A stretch of 64,000 nucleotides of DNA from an uncultured Gammaproteobacteria bacterium (lineage in GTDB: Bacteria; Patescibacteriota; Microgenomatia; UBA8517): assembly GCA_964599625.1 (NCBI GenBank), contig CAZRGC010000003.1:3816-67815 (forward strand), written 5' to 3'. Shown one piece after another: positions 1-8,876 of this stretch. Under the pieces are notes generated by a model. The model was not told where the DNA came from and searched no databases. It was given only the letters and a program-made list of their open reading frames with translations. A program made the position numbers and the translations under genes. Numbering within the stretch: the first letter of the stretch is position 1; every line of letters begins with the position of its first letter.

Positions 1-539
1 TCGGGTGTATTCGCAGACAATGCTGCCTTAACAATGCCTTGAGGAATTTTTTCGTGGAAAAGTCTTGTAGCCAACAAAATTACATCACCTTCTTGTGGAT
101 ATCCAGATGCCGAAACAACTCCCGATACTGAACTTTTAAGGATTGTTCCCAAAACGCCTTGTCTGGAAACAGTAACCTCGGCACCTCCAAAGGCAGCCGA
201 ATAAACAACACCGTCTACAAACGAACAAGCGGCTATTTCCACTTCCCCCCAATTTTCAGTAAACTCTGCAACAACTTTTTCGACAGAGTTTTTTAAAGCG
301 TTGAAGGGTTTTAGAGTAAGGTCTCCAAAATACTCCTCATGGATTCTGGAAATGAGTTCTCGTCCGGCAGAAATGGTATCAATTCCACCAAGACCTTCAG
401 CTCTTTTTGTTGCAATTGCCACAAAAAGATGCCCCCTTAGGGAAAGTTTGCCGGGGTCTTCAGGCTTGAAGTCGTGAACTTGAGACCAACCCGAAGGTCC
501 CGGCATTGCCGTTATCTTTGCCGAAGTTGTATCAAGCAT
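1..539 (-). CDS. Partial CDS (runs off the left edge); hypothetical protein with a possible PP2C-like N-terminal fold
   Basis: Manual translation from the ATG at 539 (MLDTTSAKITAMPGPSGWSQVH...RGHLFVAIA...GDVILLAT) is open to the window edge. The alternating beta/alpha pattern resembles degenerate PP2C domains. Confidence 0.55.
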   Translation of the reverse strand, partial: MLDTTSAKITAMPGPSGWSQVHDFKPEDPGKLSLRGHLFVAIATKRAEGLGGIDTISAGRELISRIHEEYFGDLTLKPFNALKNSVEKVVAEFTENWGEVEIAACSFVDGVVYSAAFGGAEVTVSRQGVLGTILKSSVSGVVSASGYPQEGDVILLATRLFHEKIPQGIVKAALSANTP

Positions 540-540
540 C

Positions 541-765
541 TTAAAGAATCGTCAGCGCTGCCAGAAACACAAGAATTGCAAAAGCCAAATGAACATAGCT
601 TAGAGTCCTCACCAAATTCTCCCAACCAAGCTGTAGGGTGCGAGTCATAAGACTCACTTGCTTAATAACAACCAATGAAAAAATTAGATACATGGCCAGA
701 AGTATCAAAGATAAAAACTTTATTATTATCCAGATATTAAAATTGGTAATTATTGATATATCCAT
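541..765 (-). CDS. Small two-TM membrane protein (DUF5657-like)
   Basis: 74 aa with two hydrophobic helices and a YLIFSLVVIKQVSLMTRTL motif typical of CPR small membrane proteins. Confidence 0.6.
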   Translation of the reverse strand: MDISIITNFNIWIIIKFLSLILLAMYLIFSLVVIKQVSLMTRTLQLGWENLVRTLSYVHLAFAILVFLAALTIL

Positions 766-788
766 TTATTAAATGTCGCTTCTTAGGT

Positions 789-1442
789 TTAAACTTTTTC
801 CATCAAATCGCTCAAAACTTTTGCTACTTTTTCGGGATTTGGGACAGCTTCAAACTCAAACTCAGTTACCTCAGACGCTGTTTGGATCAAAACGTCACCA
901 TAGTTAAACATTGTTCTTATTACACCACTTGTCACATAACTGGTATCTTGGATTTTATCAAGTTCGGCGTCTGAAACTTTTTTATCAATCAGGTTGTAAA
1001 AATCAACATCTACAACACGCTTTGTGGTTATAAAATAAACACTAAAGTACCAATCCAAAAAACTCTCTATTGCGTAGGCACTTGTGACAAGGTACCAGGC
1101 CAAAGAAATTACTAGCGGGAAACCTGTAGGCATCATTGAAAAAACTCCAAAAAAACCTAAAACTGTTGGTCCAGCCAAAAGAAACAAACTGGTCAATATC
1201 CACTTGAGGTTTGTTATCGGGTGTCTCCTTAAAAGTAAAACAACTTGCTCATCGGTATCTCTCGTTTCAAAATCTATATCCCCAGGATAAAGACAAAAAG
1301 CTGAGAGCTTGCTGTGTGATTGCCCTGCAAAAGAAGTTTTTGTCTGTGAATTTACTGTTTTCTCAATATTGGTTTTTTCACTTTTTTCTGAAGGCTTTTC
1401 TGGCTGTTGTTTTTCCTCTGGAGAAATGAATATATCAGGCAT
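789..1442 (-). CDS. Membrane protein with bacterial PH (bPH_2) domain
   Basis: Two TM helices followed by YFITTKRVVD...LDKIQD...FNYGDVLIQTA. Start moved to MPDIF (1442) because TGtTATAAT lies 7 nt upstream. Confidence 0.8.
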   Translation of the reverse strand: MPDIFISPEEKQQPEKPSEKSEKTNIEKTVNSQTKTSFAGQSHSKLSAFCLYPGDIDFETRDTDEQVVLLLRRHPITNLKWILTSLFLLAGPTVLGFFGVFSMMPTGFPLVISLAWYLVTSAYAIESFLDWYFSVYFITTKRVVDVDFYNLIDKKVSDAELDKIQDTSYVTSGVIRTMFNYGDVLIQTASEVTEFEFEAVPNPEKVAKVLSDLMEKV

Positions 1443-1499
1443 AATTCCGATTATAACAGATAAGGAGTGTGTTGGTAAAAACCGAGAGATTGGCAAGAT

Positions 1500-3185
1500 T
1501 TACAATTTTTCTATATTGTACAAACTCGATTTTATACCAATGTACCCGGGGGCCCTAAGGTTAAAGGCTTCTTTGAACTTTGCTCCAGTGTAGTTCACGG
1601 AACCCTTGTTTGTTTGAAATGTCACCGACTGTGTAGACCCATCGTTTGAATAGACAACCGATACACCACTAACACTTGTAAATCCTCCTATCCCTGCAAG
1701 TTCAGCCTGGCTATAAGGGTTTCCTCCCCAACATGTCCCTACAGGCGAAACTCTTCCAACATCACCACCGTTACCATCCAAAACAAATCTTGCATTGAGT
1801 ATATCGGCCATTTCTTCTGATTTAAGCCAAGGACTACTTCTTCCACAAGAGACCCCACCCCTAGACTTATACCACCCTTTGTAAAACCAGGGTGACCCCG
1901 AGATTTTTTCGTAAGCCGTGTCTGGCCAAGAACCGGACGCATCTTTTATACCGGTCCAGCCCCACTGAGTGATAGTGTATCCACCTGTGCTTGCAGAAAA
2001 ATATGTTGTGGCAGCACTCCCACCCTTCGTCATCACCCAACCCCTTGTTGCTTTAACAGCTTCTTTCCATTTACCGCTTTTAAGTTGCGGTTTATATACC
2101 TGACACGACTCGGACGTACAAATAGGTTTCGATCCATTGTTGGTGTATGAAAGCGCATAGCTTCTGGCAGCAACAGCTTGGGCTTTCAATGCCTCAAAAC
2201 CGCCGGAATCACCCCAACTTTCGGGAACTTCGTAGATACCCAATAAATAATTGTCTTCGAATGAAATGCTGCCATATCCTGTTACTGTAATATTTGCAGG
2301 TTCCGAATAGTTCTTGTTTAAAGACGCGCCTTGATAGTATGCAGAGAGTATTGTTTCGGCAGATTGTCCCGACTTACTTCTTCCATAAGCACCGTACTGG
2401 CTCATTCCGGTCCTATGGGGAGCCCCAAACGAAAACGCAGCAAAAGCTGGCCTAAAACCTGGGTCACAAAAAGCAGAGGACCCTTGAGGACCACTGCATG
2501 GCTCAAGAGTTGGAGGTGTATCACCTATTGAAGTCTGAAATCCACCCGCCTTTGCAGCGGCCAGTTCGTTCTGTTTAGAAGAAAGTGTTGAAAGGTAACT
2601 GTCTACCTTGGCGACCTCCCCTGCCAAAAATTTCTGTTTTTCAGAAACCTGAGACTGCAACGAAGAAAGACTCGCTTTGTTTTTAACCAAGCTATCTTTG
2701 TCGTTTTTCAGAGAAATCAGATCGTTTCCGTATTTTTCCAACGTTTCTCTGTCACTATCTGCGGCTTTTTGTCTGAAACTGATCTCTCTAAACGCTACTG
2801 CCGCGTTATCGGAAAAAACAAACGGAGTGATAGGATCATAAAGGCGCAAGAATGTGTAATGGTTTCTGGCTTTTTCCTGGAATATCTCTTTTGTATAAGC
2901 CAAGTCTTCTTCTCTGCCGGTTATTTGGCTTTCAAGTTTTTTAAGGTCTGATGTGAGTTTTGAAATTTTGAAGTTAAGATCAGACAACTGCTTGTTTAGA
3001 CCTGCCAAATCTTTTTTATTTTTCTCCTGGGCCGGGGAAAGTGAATCAATTTCGTTTTGAATTTGCTTTATCTGACAATCATAGTCTGTTGAGGGACACT
3101 CCTGCGCCAAAACAACTGCAAATTTGATCCCAAAAAAGACAAGTAGTACCAAGGAAAATGAAGTAAAAATTTTAGCCTTAAACAT
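1500..3185 (-). CDS. Secreted SpoIID/LytB-domain peptidoglycan lytic enzyme with N-terminal coiled coil
   Basis: Signal/TM segment, long heptad coiled coil, and the SpoIID motifs GMSQYGA, EVPESW, EALKAQAVAARSYA and CQVY. Confidence 0.85.
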   Translation of the reverse strand: MFKAKIFTSFSLVLLVFFGIKFAVVLAQECPSTDYDCQIKQIQNEIDSLSPAQEKNKKDLAGLNKQLSDLNFKISKLTSDLKKLESQITGREEDLAYTKEIFQEKARNHYTFLRLYDPITPFVFSDNAAVAFREISFRQKAADSDRETLEKYGNDLISLKNDKDSLVKNKASLSSLQSQVSEKQKFLAGEVAKVDSYLSTLSSKQNELAAAKAGGFQTSIGDTPPTLEPCSGPQGSSAFCDPGFRPAFAAFSFGAPHRTGMSQYGAYGRSKSGQSAETILSAYYQGASLNKNYSEPANITVTGYGSISFEDNYLLGIYEVPESWGDSGGFEALKAQAVAARSYALSYTNNGSKPICTSESCQVYKPQLKSGKWKEAVKATRGWVMTKGGSAATTYFSASTGGYTITQWGWTGIKDASGSWPDTAYEKISGSPWFYKGWYKSRGGVSCGRSSPWLKSEEMADILNARFVLDGNGGDVGRVSPVGTCWGGNPYSQAELAGIGGFTSVSGVSVVYSNDGSTQSVTFQTNKGSVNYTGAKFKEAFNLRAPGYIGIKSSLYNIEKL

Positions 3186-3310
3186 TATTCAAATTATCAT
3201 TATATATTCATATCACAACAATGTCAGTTTCCAGGCTTTGTTTTTGGTGCAGTCTATTACCACACCTGTTTCCTGGCGTTTGCAGACAATATGCTCTAAA
3301 ATACAGGGTA

Positions 3311-3718
3311 ATGAAATACAAATTACTATTGGCAACTGTAGCCTTCACATTTTCTTTCATGTTCAAACTGGTAGTACCTACTACAGCCCTAGCTGTTAGC
3401 CAGGATGTTACCTGCAACGGAAATCAAGGTGTCGATACAGCAATCGGATGTTTGAACGTTCTGTCCACTCCCGAAGACTTTTTGGGGCAGCTTTTGGGTT
3501 GGGCTGTGGGAATTGGTGGAGGCCTTGCGTTTATCTTGATTGTATATGCAGGATTTATGATCATGACGGCCGCAGGAAATCCGGAAAGACTCAAGGCTGG
3601 TCAGGAGCTTTTGACTTCGGCAATTTCTGGTCTTATTCTTTTGATCTTCTCAATTTTTGTACTCAGATTCATTGGAATTGATATACTGGGACTTAACAAC
3701 TTTGGTTTTGGCGGATAA
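3311..3718 (+). CDS. VirB2/TrbC-like T4SS pilin 1 (with signal peptide)
   Basis: Two hydrophobic helices flank GFMIMTAAGNPERLKAGQELLTSAISGL. Start chosen 8 nt after a TAAAAT box. Confidence 0.85.
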   Translation: MKYKLLLATVAFTFSFMFKLVVPTTALAVSQDVTCNGNQGVDTAIGCLNVLSTPEDFLGQLLGWAVGIGGGLAFILIVYAGFMIMTAAGNPERLKAGQELLTSAISGLILLIFSIFVLRFIGIDILGLNNFGFGG

Positions 3719-3720
3719 AT

Positions 3721-4035
3721 ATGGCAGCACTAAATCTTGATTCAATTGAAAGCAGGGGTCTTGGCACATCCGTTCCCGGAACTCCCGGAGATATAATCAA
3801 TGCAATCCTTCCGTATGTATTTGCTTTTGCGGGAATTGGGCTTTTGGTGTTTTTAATGATTGGAGGGCTTCAAATGATGACGGCCAAGGGTGATCCCAAA
3901 GCAATAGAAGGTGCACAAGCAAAAATAACAAGCGCCCTTATTGGCTTTTTGATTATCATAATTTCATATGTTCTAGTCCAGCTGTTGACTAAAGTGCTTG
4001 GCCTTGGTTCTCTGGGAGGTGTTTTTGGTCCATAA
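3721..4035 (+). CDS. VirB2-like T4SS pilin 2
   Basis: GGLQMMTAKGDPKAIEGAQAKITSALIGF motif between two TM helices. Confidence 0.85.
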   Translation: MAALNLDSIESRGLGTSVPGTPGDIINAILPYVFAFAGIGLLVFLMIGGLQMMTAKGDPKAIEGAQAKITSALIGFLIIIISYVLVQLLTKVLGLGSLGGVFGP

Positions 4036-4039
4036 CAAT

Positions 4040-4363
4040 ATGAAAATTGATCAACTTTTTCTTGACGGGGTTCCCTCTAAAGCTACATATAGTAGTCTGA
4101 CTGGCATTTCCGGTCTGGTTACACTTTTTGTTAATATCATTTTTGCAATTGCTGGAATTGTCCTTTTGGTCTACTTTGTTGGCGGAGGTTTGGCCATGAT
4201 CAGCAGCGCCGGCAAAAACGATCCCCAAAAAGCAGAACAGGCAAAAAAAACATTAACAAGCGCCGTTATTGGTTTTGTTATAGTTTTTGTCTCCTATTGG
4301 GTAGTCTCACTTATTGGACAAATAATGGGTATCCAAATACTCCAAGGTCTTTTTGCTAGGTAA
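4040..4363 (+). CDS. VirB2-like T4SS pilin 3
   Basis: GGLAMISSAGKNDPQKAEQAKKTLTSAVIGF; ATG 4 nt after the previous stop. Confidence 0.85.
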   Translation: MKIDQLFLDGVPSKATYSSLTGISGLVTLFVNIIFAIAGIVLLVYFVGGGLAMISSAGKNDPQKAEQAKKTLTSAVIGFVIVFVSYWVVSLIGQIMGIQILQGLFAR

Positions 4364-4412
4364 CAAGCCTCGGACTTGTATTTTTGTCTGTGCGGGTTGT
4401 AAAATTAGCAAA

Positions 4413-4742
4413 ATGCCGAATTTTGGACAAATCAGACCCCCTACTACAGCATTTTCCGGATCGGATGCGGGTACATCAATCGGAAGATTAATTCAGCTTG
4501 GCTTATCGCTTCTGATTGTTGGCGCAGGGCTTTACGCCCTATTCAACTTTGTGATTGCTGGTTATTCTTTTTTGTCCGCAGGTGACGATTCCAAAAAGAT
4601 TTCTGCGGCTTGGGCCATGATCTGGCAAACAGCTCTTGGATTAGCTGTTGCTGCGGGTGCCTTTGTAATTGCTGCTATATTTGGCAAACTCTTGTTCAAT
4701 GATTTTGGATTCCTGTTGAACCCACAAATACCCAACTTATGA
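4413..4742 (+). CDS. VirB2-like T4SS pilin 4
   Basis: AGYSFLSAGDDSKKISAAWAMIWQTALGL; ATG 7 nt after TAAAAT. Confidence 0.85.
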   Translation: MPNFGQIRPPTTAFSGSDAGTSIGRLIQLGLSLLIVGAGLYALFNFVIAGYSFLSAGDDSKKISAAWAMIWQTALGLAVAAGAFVIAAIFGKLLFNDFGFLLNPQIPNL

Positions 4743-5113
4743 CGCCAGACAATCACATTGCAGTAAGCCTTGCCCCAGCAGGTGGGTTTAAGGGTCTTGG
4801 TACAAGCTCACTTGCTAATCCGGGCAACGATGCCATAAATATCTTTGCAAACTTTCTTTCTTCCGTTATTGGCCTCATGACAATCATTGCATTTATTTGG
4901 TTTACGTTCAGATTTATTACCTCGGCGATTCAGCTCATGTATGCCGGAGGAGACAAGCAACGCTATGAAACAGCAAGAGAGCAAATGAAATATGCAATTA
5001 TCGGAGTTGTGGTCGTTGTGGCTGCAATATTTATTATCAACCTGGTTGGAACATTCATAGGCATTCCAAATATATTGGATGTCGCGGGTATGTTTGAACT
5101 TATAACTCAATAA
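4739..5113 (+). CDS. VirB2-like T4SS pilin 5
   Basis: SAIQLMYAGGDKQRYETAREQMKYAIIGV; ATGA overlap with pilin 4. Confidence 0.85.
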   Translation: MTPDNHIAVSLAPAGGFKGLGTSSLANPGNDAINIFANFLSSVIGLMTIIAFIWFTFRFITSAIQLMYAGGDKQRYETAREQMKYAIIGVVVVVAAIFIINLVGTFIGIPNILDVAGMFELITQ

Positions 5114-5461
5114 ATGAACAACTTAATAGCGGCAGCATCTGGAGTAATCGGAAACCCTGCTTTGGGGGCACTCGAAAACAACACTGGCGAAAGCTTTTTC
5201 CAAAAGGCTATCCCCGCTTTTGCCAGTATGGCATTTTTGATTGCCTCGATCATATTCTTTTTTATGATAATTACCGGATCGATCCAATGGATCTGGTCAA
5301 ACGGCGACAAGCAGGCTTTGGAGACTGCAAGAGCCAGAATAACCAACGCTCTGATAGGTATGGTGCTTTTGTTTGCCGTATTTGCATTAATCAAAGTAAT
5401 AGAGACATTCTTCCACATACATATTCTGACTCTTGACATAGCGGCATTGAGGATTCGATAA
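5114..5461 (+). CDS. VirB2-like T4SS pilin 6
   Basis: GSIQWIWSNGDKQALETARARITNALIGM; abuts the previous stop. Confidence 0.85.
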   Translation: MNNLIAAASGVIGNPALGALENNTGESFFQKAIPAFASMAFLIASIIFFFMIITGSIQWIWSNGDKQALETARARITNALIGMVLLFAVFALIKVIETFFHIHILTLDIAALRIR

Positions 5462-5468
5462 TATACAT

Positions 5469-5798
5469 ATGAACAATCTTTTGGCACAGATTAATTTACA
5501 ACCGGGCGAAGGAACCCAGTTTGCTCCTTTGGCCAAACTCACCATTCCTGGACTTATTTCTGCACTCATCAGACTCACAGTAGTTGTTGCAGCCATAGTA
5601 TTTTTCTTTATCTTGGTAATTGGTGGTATTAAATGGATTGCTTCAGGTGGAGACAAAGCTCAAACAGAATCAGCCAGAAACCAAATCACAGCCGCTTTAG
5701 TAGGACTCGTAATAGTTTTCGCAGCTTGGGCTATCGTTGCACTTATCAACACATTCTTCCACATCGATATATTCTCGCTCGTTATCCCCTCAGTCTAA
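5469..5798 (+). CDS. VirB2-like T4SS pilin 7
   Basis: GGIKWIASGGDKAQTESARNQITAALVGL. Confidence 0.85.
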   Translation: MNNLLAQINLQPGEGTQFAPLAKLTIPGLISALIRLTVVVAAIVFFFILVIGGIKWIASGGDKAQTESARNQITAALVGLVIVFAAWAIVALINTFFHIDIFSLVIPSV

Positions 5799-5859
5799 TT
5801 TCTACTCAAAATAGTCTTGGTATAGCTTAAATTCTTTGTTTGTAATAAAATTATTGGGT

Positions 5860-6144
5860 ATGAACGGAATTGCAACCATTGCCGACTTGGGAACAATTTT
5901 TTCTAATATTGTTAAGTCGTTTTTGACATTTGCAGGTATAGTGCTTTTTGTTTTTCTTTTGGTTGGTGGGTTCAGATATATTACTTCTGGGGGTGATCCA
6001 AAAGCAGTTGACGCAGCGCAAAAGACAATTACTTACGCAATTGGCGGCCTTGTTGTTATACTTCTTTCCTTCCTGGTTCTGGTGCTTATTGGGAACATAA
6101 CAGGTGTCACATCAATCACCGAATTCAACATCATGCTTAGATAA
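5860..6144 (+). CDS. VirB2-like T4SS pilin 8
   Basis: GGFRYITSGGDPKAVDAAQKTITYAIGGL; ATG 8 nt after TAAAAT. Confidence 0.85.
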   Translation: MNGIATIADLGTIFSNIVKSFLTFAGIVLFVFLLVGGFRYITSGGDPKAVDAAQKTITYAIGGLVVILLSFLVLVLIGNITGVTSITEFNIMLR

Positions 6145-6156
6145 ACACAATGACAG

Positions 6157-8832
6157 ATGCAAAAATCAAGGCCAAAATGCCTCAATATTCATACAGCAAG
6201 TAAAGCTTTCTACTCTTTACTGGTCCTAGTTTTGGGTGTGTTTGTTGTGGCTGTAATGCTTCAAATAAAAACAGTTATGGCAGAGGATGCTATTCCAAGG
6301 CCAGGAAACGTTCCTTGTGAGACTGAAAAAAACCCAGAATACAGCAGCGGCCGACCTTATCAGGCTTCTCCTTGTGGGGATGCGCCCAAAACTTATTGGT
6401 GCGGTAATGCAGTTGTTATATATCTAAACACAGTTAAGTGTCCCTATAACGGCAGTCCCACTTGCACACCGACGGTAACACATTACGAAAAGAAAATAGC
6501 TGTCGAAATGCTTGATGCAGAACTCCCAATCATGGGAAACACCGAATTAACATCTAATAGCGTTAATGGCACGGGTACAATGGATGACGGAACCAAACTA
6601 AACGAATATATGAGCTGGTACCTTAACGGGGTAAACGACAAGGCCGAGTACCCCGAAAGCAGCATAGATCAATCAGTTAATATGTCCGGACCCTTAAGAA
6701 GGCTTTTACCCGGTGTGATACAAGACGCAGCAAGAGTAGAAATCATCAAATCCCCCGACGGAGACACATCAAACGTTGACGATGAGACCGGCGAATCCAC
6801 TCCAGAAAAAATGAATCACAACAATATTGTGGTTTGTGCAAAAGAAGGTGGTGGTGGTCTTCTTGGTTGGATAGTGGATCTTTTTAATGTAGGGGCAACT
6901 ACTCCGCTTGAATGCTACAAGGGGGGCGGGTCGGGAGCACAAGGTGACGTTTATAGATTGAAGGACTGGAACGGCAATTTGACAATACTTAACGCTTTGT
7001 CGAATACAGTAGTACGCACAGCAGTAAACGCCTACCAAGTTTTGTTTCCGTTTGCCTCACTGGGTGAGATAGAAGCATCCATTGGAAACCATTGGAATCT
7101 CAGACGCCCTCCCCTTCCCTGGGACGACGGTACCGGTAAACCATTCGCAAGAAACGTTGACTATCAAAAAGCATACTACGAGTGGCGGGGGCAAACCTGT
7201 ATGATTATTCCGGTTATTGATAGACTTGCCTGTTTCGAAAACCTTCTAGTTCCAAATAAATATGCAGATTTGTTCCCATATATTCCTCTTGCAAACACCA
7301 GAGATATACCCGGAGCACACACTGTCCTTCTTGCTCATGTAAGTGCGGCAAAAGCAGAAATATTGGAGTCTGATTACCAAATAATCAAGCCGGCTTTTCG
7401 CTTGTGGATTCCACACGCGGCTGAAAATTTTGAACTCACAAGTCTTCTTAAAAAGACTTTTGTTCCCAAAGCTAAAGACGGTGCTAGCTCTACAGCCCCA
7501 GCAGCAAGCCTGAGCGATGTCGAAATAAACAACGCGCCATGCAAGATATTAAATTCGAGAAGTAATCCGGGCGACGATGTAAACTTTGAAAATCCAAAAA
7601 AATGGATTGAGGTGGATGTGCAATACGATGTTGGAGAAATTCAATGTAGTGAGCCGCATGAAGAGTGCAAGGAAGACACAAATCCCAGTAGCCCCACTTA
7701 CGGACAAACTATTTGCAAAATGGTCGCAACCTGTGAGTCAGAAGTTTATGCAACAATACCCACGGTAGGCAAGACTCCATACGCAGATGAGATTTGGAAT
7801 AACTCCGTGGCAGGCCCGGACTCCGTGTTTAGAAGAATTTACCCCAAAACAGGTGCCAACGCCCCTGTTTCGTGTATTGCCGACCTTCCGGCCGAATCCA
7901 AAGCAACATATAAAATCACAGATCCAAGCAGCGAAGGGATCAGACTTACACAAGTAATTCTTCCTGATGATAGCCGCATGGGATCGTTTGCCAACAAGAC
8001 GGAGTCTTTGGAAGCAAAAGTGTTTTATCCCCATTACGGAGGTGTATTGGAATACTTTTTAAACGGTATCCAAACAGCGCTTAGACCCCAAGGTTATAGC
8101 GATTCGCAACCAATGAGTGGTCAATCATGCAGCAACATTCAATGTGGCGAGCTTCCCGATCTTCCCAAAGCATCGGGTTCTTGCCAACTTGGCGGTGTCA
8201 GTTCCCGTGTGGGTAAAATTCCAAAAGCTTTAAGCGACATAATTTCTGCTGCCGCACAAACATACAAAGTCCCCCCCAACCTATTAATCGGGCAGATGTT
8301 TGGTGAAGGACTTTTTAATCCGGGAAGATACGAGTGGACCGAGGAAAATGTTAAAAACTGGGCAACGTGTACAAAAATTCCGGGATGTAATGAGACAGGA
8401 GATGATCACTTTATGGGATTCAACGGAACAGTTTTTGAACGAACAGTCCCTAAAATAAAAGCAGATTTACAAAAAATCGATCCCAGCAGGAAAACATTCA
8501 GTCAGTGTAATCTTCTGGATGCAATTTATGCTGCCGCTTATAATCTTCACGACAGTGCTGACGGCGGAGGCGGGCTTCCCGCGACATGTTTCGGAATAAA
8601 ACTTAGTGCACCAGTACCATCATCCTGCTCCTGGACTGATGAACAATACGAATCAGCAATCAAAGTTTACGAGAGTGGTTATACAAGTATGTGTATGACG
8701 GTTGAAAACGGTTGTGCAATAGGAGGCTTGGCAGCTGCCTGCCCAGCAGGCGATACCTGCGAAACAATAAGCAATAGATATTCAAGTCCAAGCCACAACG
8801 CCTGTGTTTGGGACGTGGCACACGGCAACTAA
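6157..8832 (+). CDS. Large Cys-rich exported protein with C-terminal lysozyme-like/lytic transglycosylase (VirB1-like) domain
   Basis: N-terminal TM/signal and many Cys. The C-terminal IISAAAQTYKVPPNLLIGQMFGE...FMGF...NLLDAIYAAAYNL...AIKVYESG follows the SLT motif order. Confidence 0.65.
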   Translation: MQKSRPKCLNIHTASKAFYSLLVLVLGVFVVAVMLQIKTVMAEDAIPRPGNVPCETEKNPEYSSGRPYQASPCGDAPKTYWCGNAVVIYLNTVKCPYNGSPTCTPTVTHYEKKIAVEMLDAELPIMGNTELTSNSVNGTGTMDDGTKLNEYMSWYLNGVNDKAEYPESSIDQSVNMSGPLRRLLPGVIQDAARVEIIKSPDGDTSNVDDETGESTPEKMNHNNIVVCAKEGGGGLLGWIVDLFNVGATTPLECYKGGGSGAQGDVYRLKDWNGNLTILNALSNTVVRTAVNAYQVLFPFASLGEIEASIGNHWNLRRPPLPWDDGTGKPFARNVDYQKAYYEWRGQTCMIIPVIDRLACFENLLVPNKYADLFPYIPLANTRDIPGAHTVLLAHVSAAKAEILESDYQIIKPAFRLWIPHAAENFELTSLLKKTFVPKAKDGASSTAPAASLSDVEINNAPCKILNSRSNPGDDVNFENPKKWIEVDVQYDVGEIQCSEPHEECKEDTNPSSPTYGQTICKMVATCESEVYATIPTVGKTPYADEIWNNSVAGPDSVFRRIYPKTGANAPVSCIADLPAESKATYKITDPSSEGIRLTQVILPDDSRMGSFANKTESLEAKVFYPHYGGVLEYFLNGIQTALRPQGYSDSQPMSGQSCSNIQCGELPDLPKASGSCQLGGVSSRVGKIPKALSDIISAAAQTYKVPPNLLIGQMFGEGLFNPGRYEWTEENVKNWATCTKIPGCNETGDDHFMGFNGTVFERTVPKIKADLQKIDPSRKTFSQCNLLDAIYAAAYNLHDSADGGGGLPATCFGIKLSAPVPSSCSWTDEQYESAIKVYESGYTSMCMTVENGCAIGGLAAACPAGDTCETISNRYSSPSHNACVWDVAHGN

Positions 8833-8860
8833 ATCTCTTTTAAAAAAACAAATTTAGTTT

Positions 8861-8869
8861 TGGTATAAT
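8861..8869 (+). promoter_or_regulatory. Extended -10 promoter (TGgTATAAT), probably leaderless, for the VirB6-like gene
   Basis: Perfect TGnTATAAT 7 nt upstream of the ATG at 8877; no SD. Confidence 0.7.
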
Positions 8870-8876
8870 ATCTTTA

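Noticed and set aside
4243-4250. A8 run in pilin 3 as a phase-variation tract
   Set aside because: It encodes AKKT in frame, and runs of this length are common throughout this AT-rich sequence.
3311-6144. Pilin array as a DGR target set, CRISPR-like array or recent DNA tandem repeat
   Set aside because: Similarity is mostly at the protein-motif level. No near-identical nucleotide repeats, reverse transcriptase or cas genes were seen.
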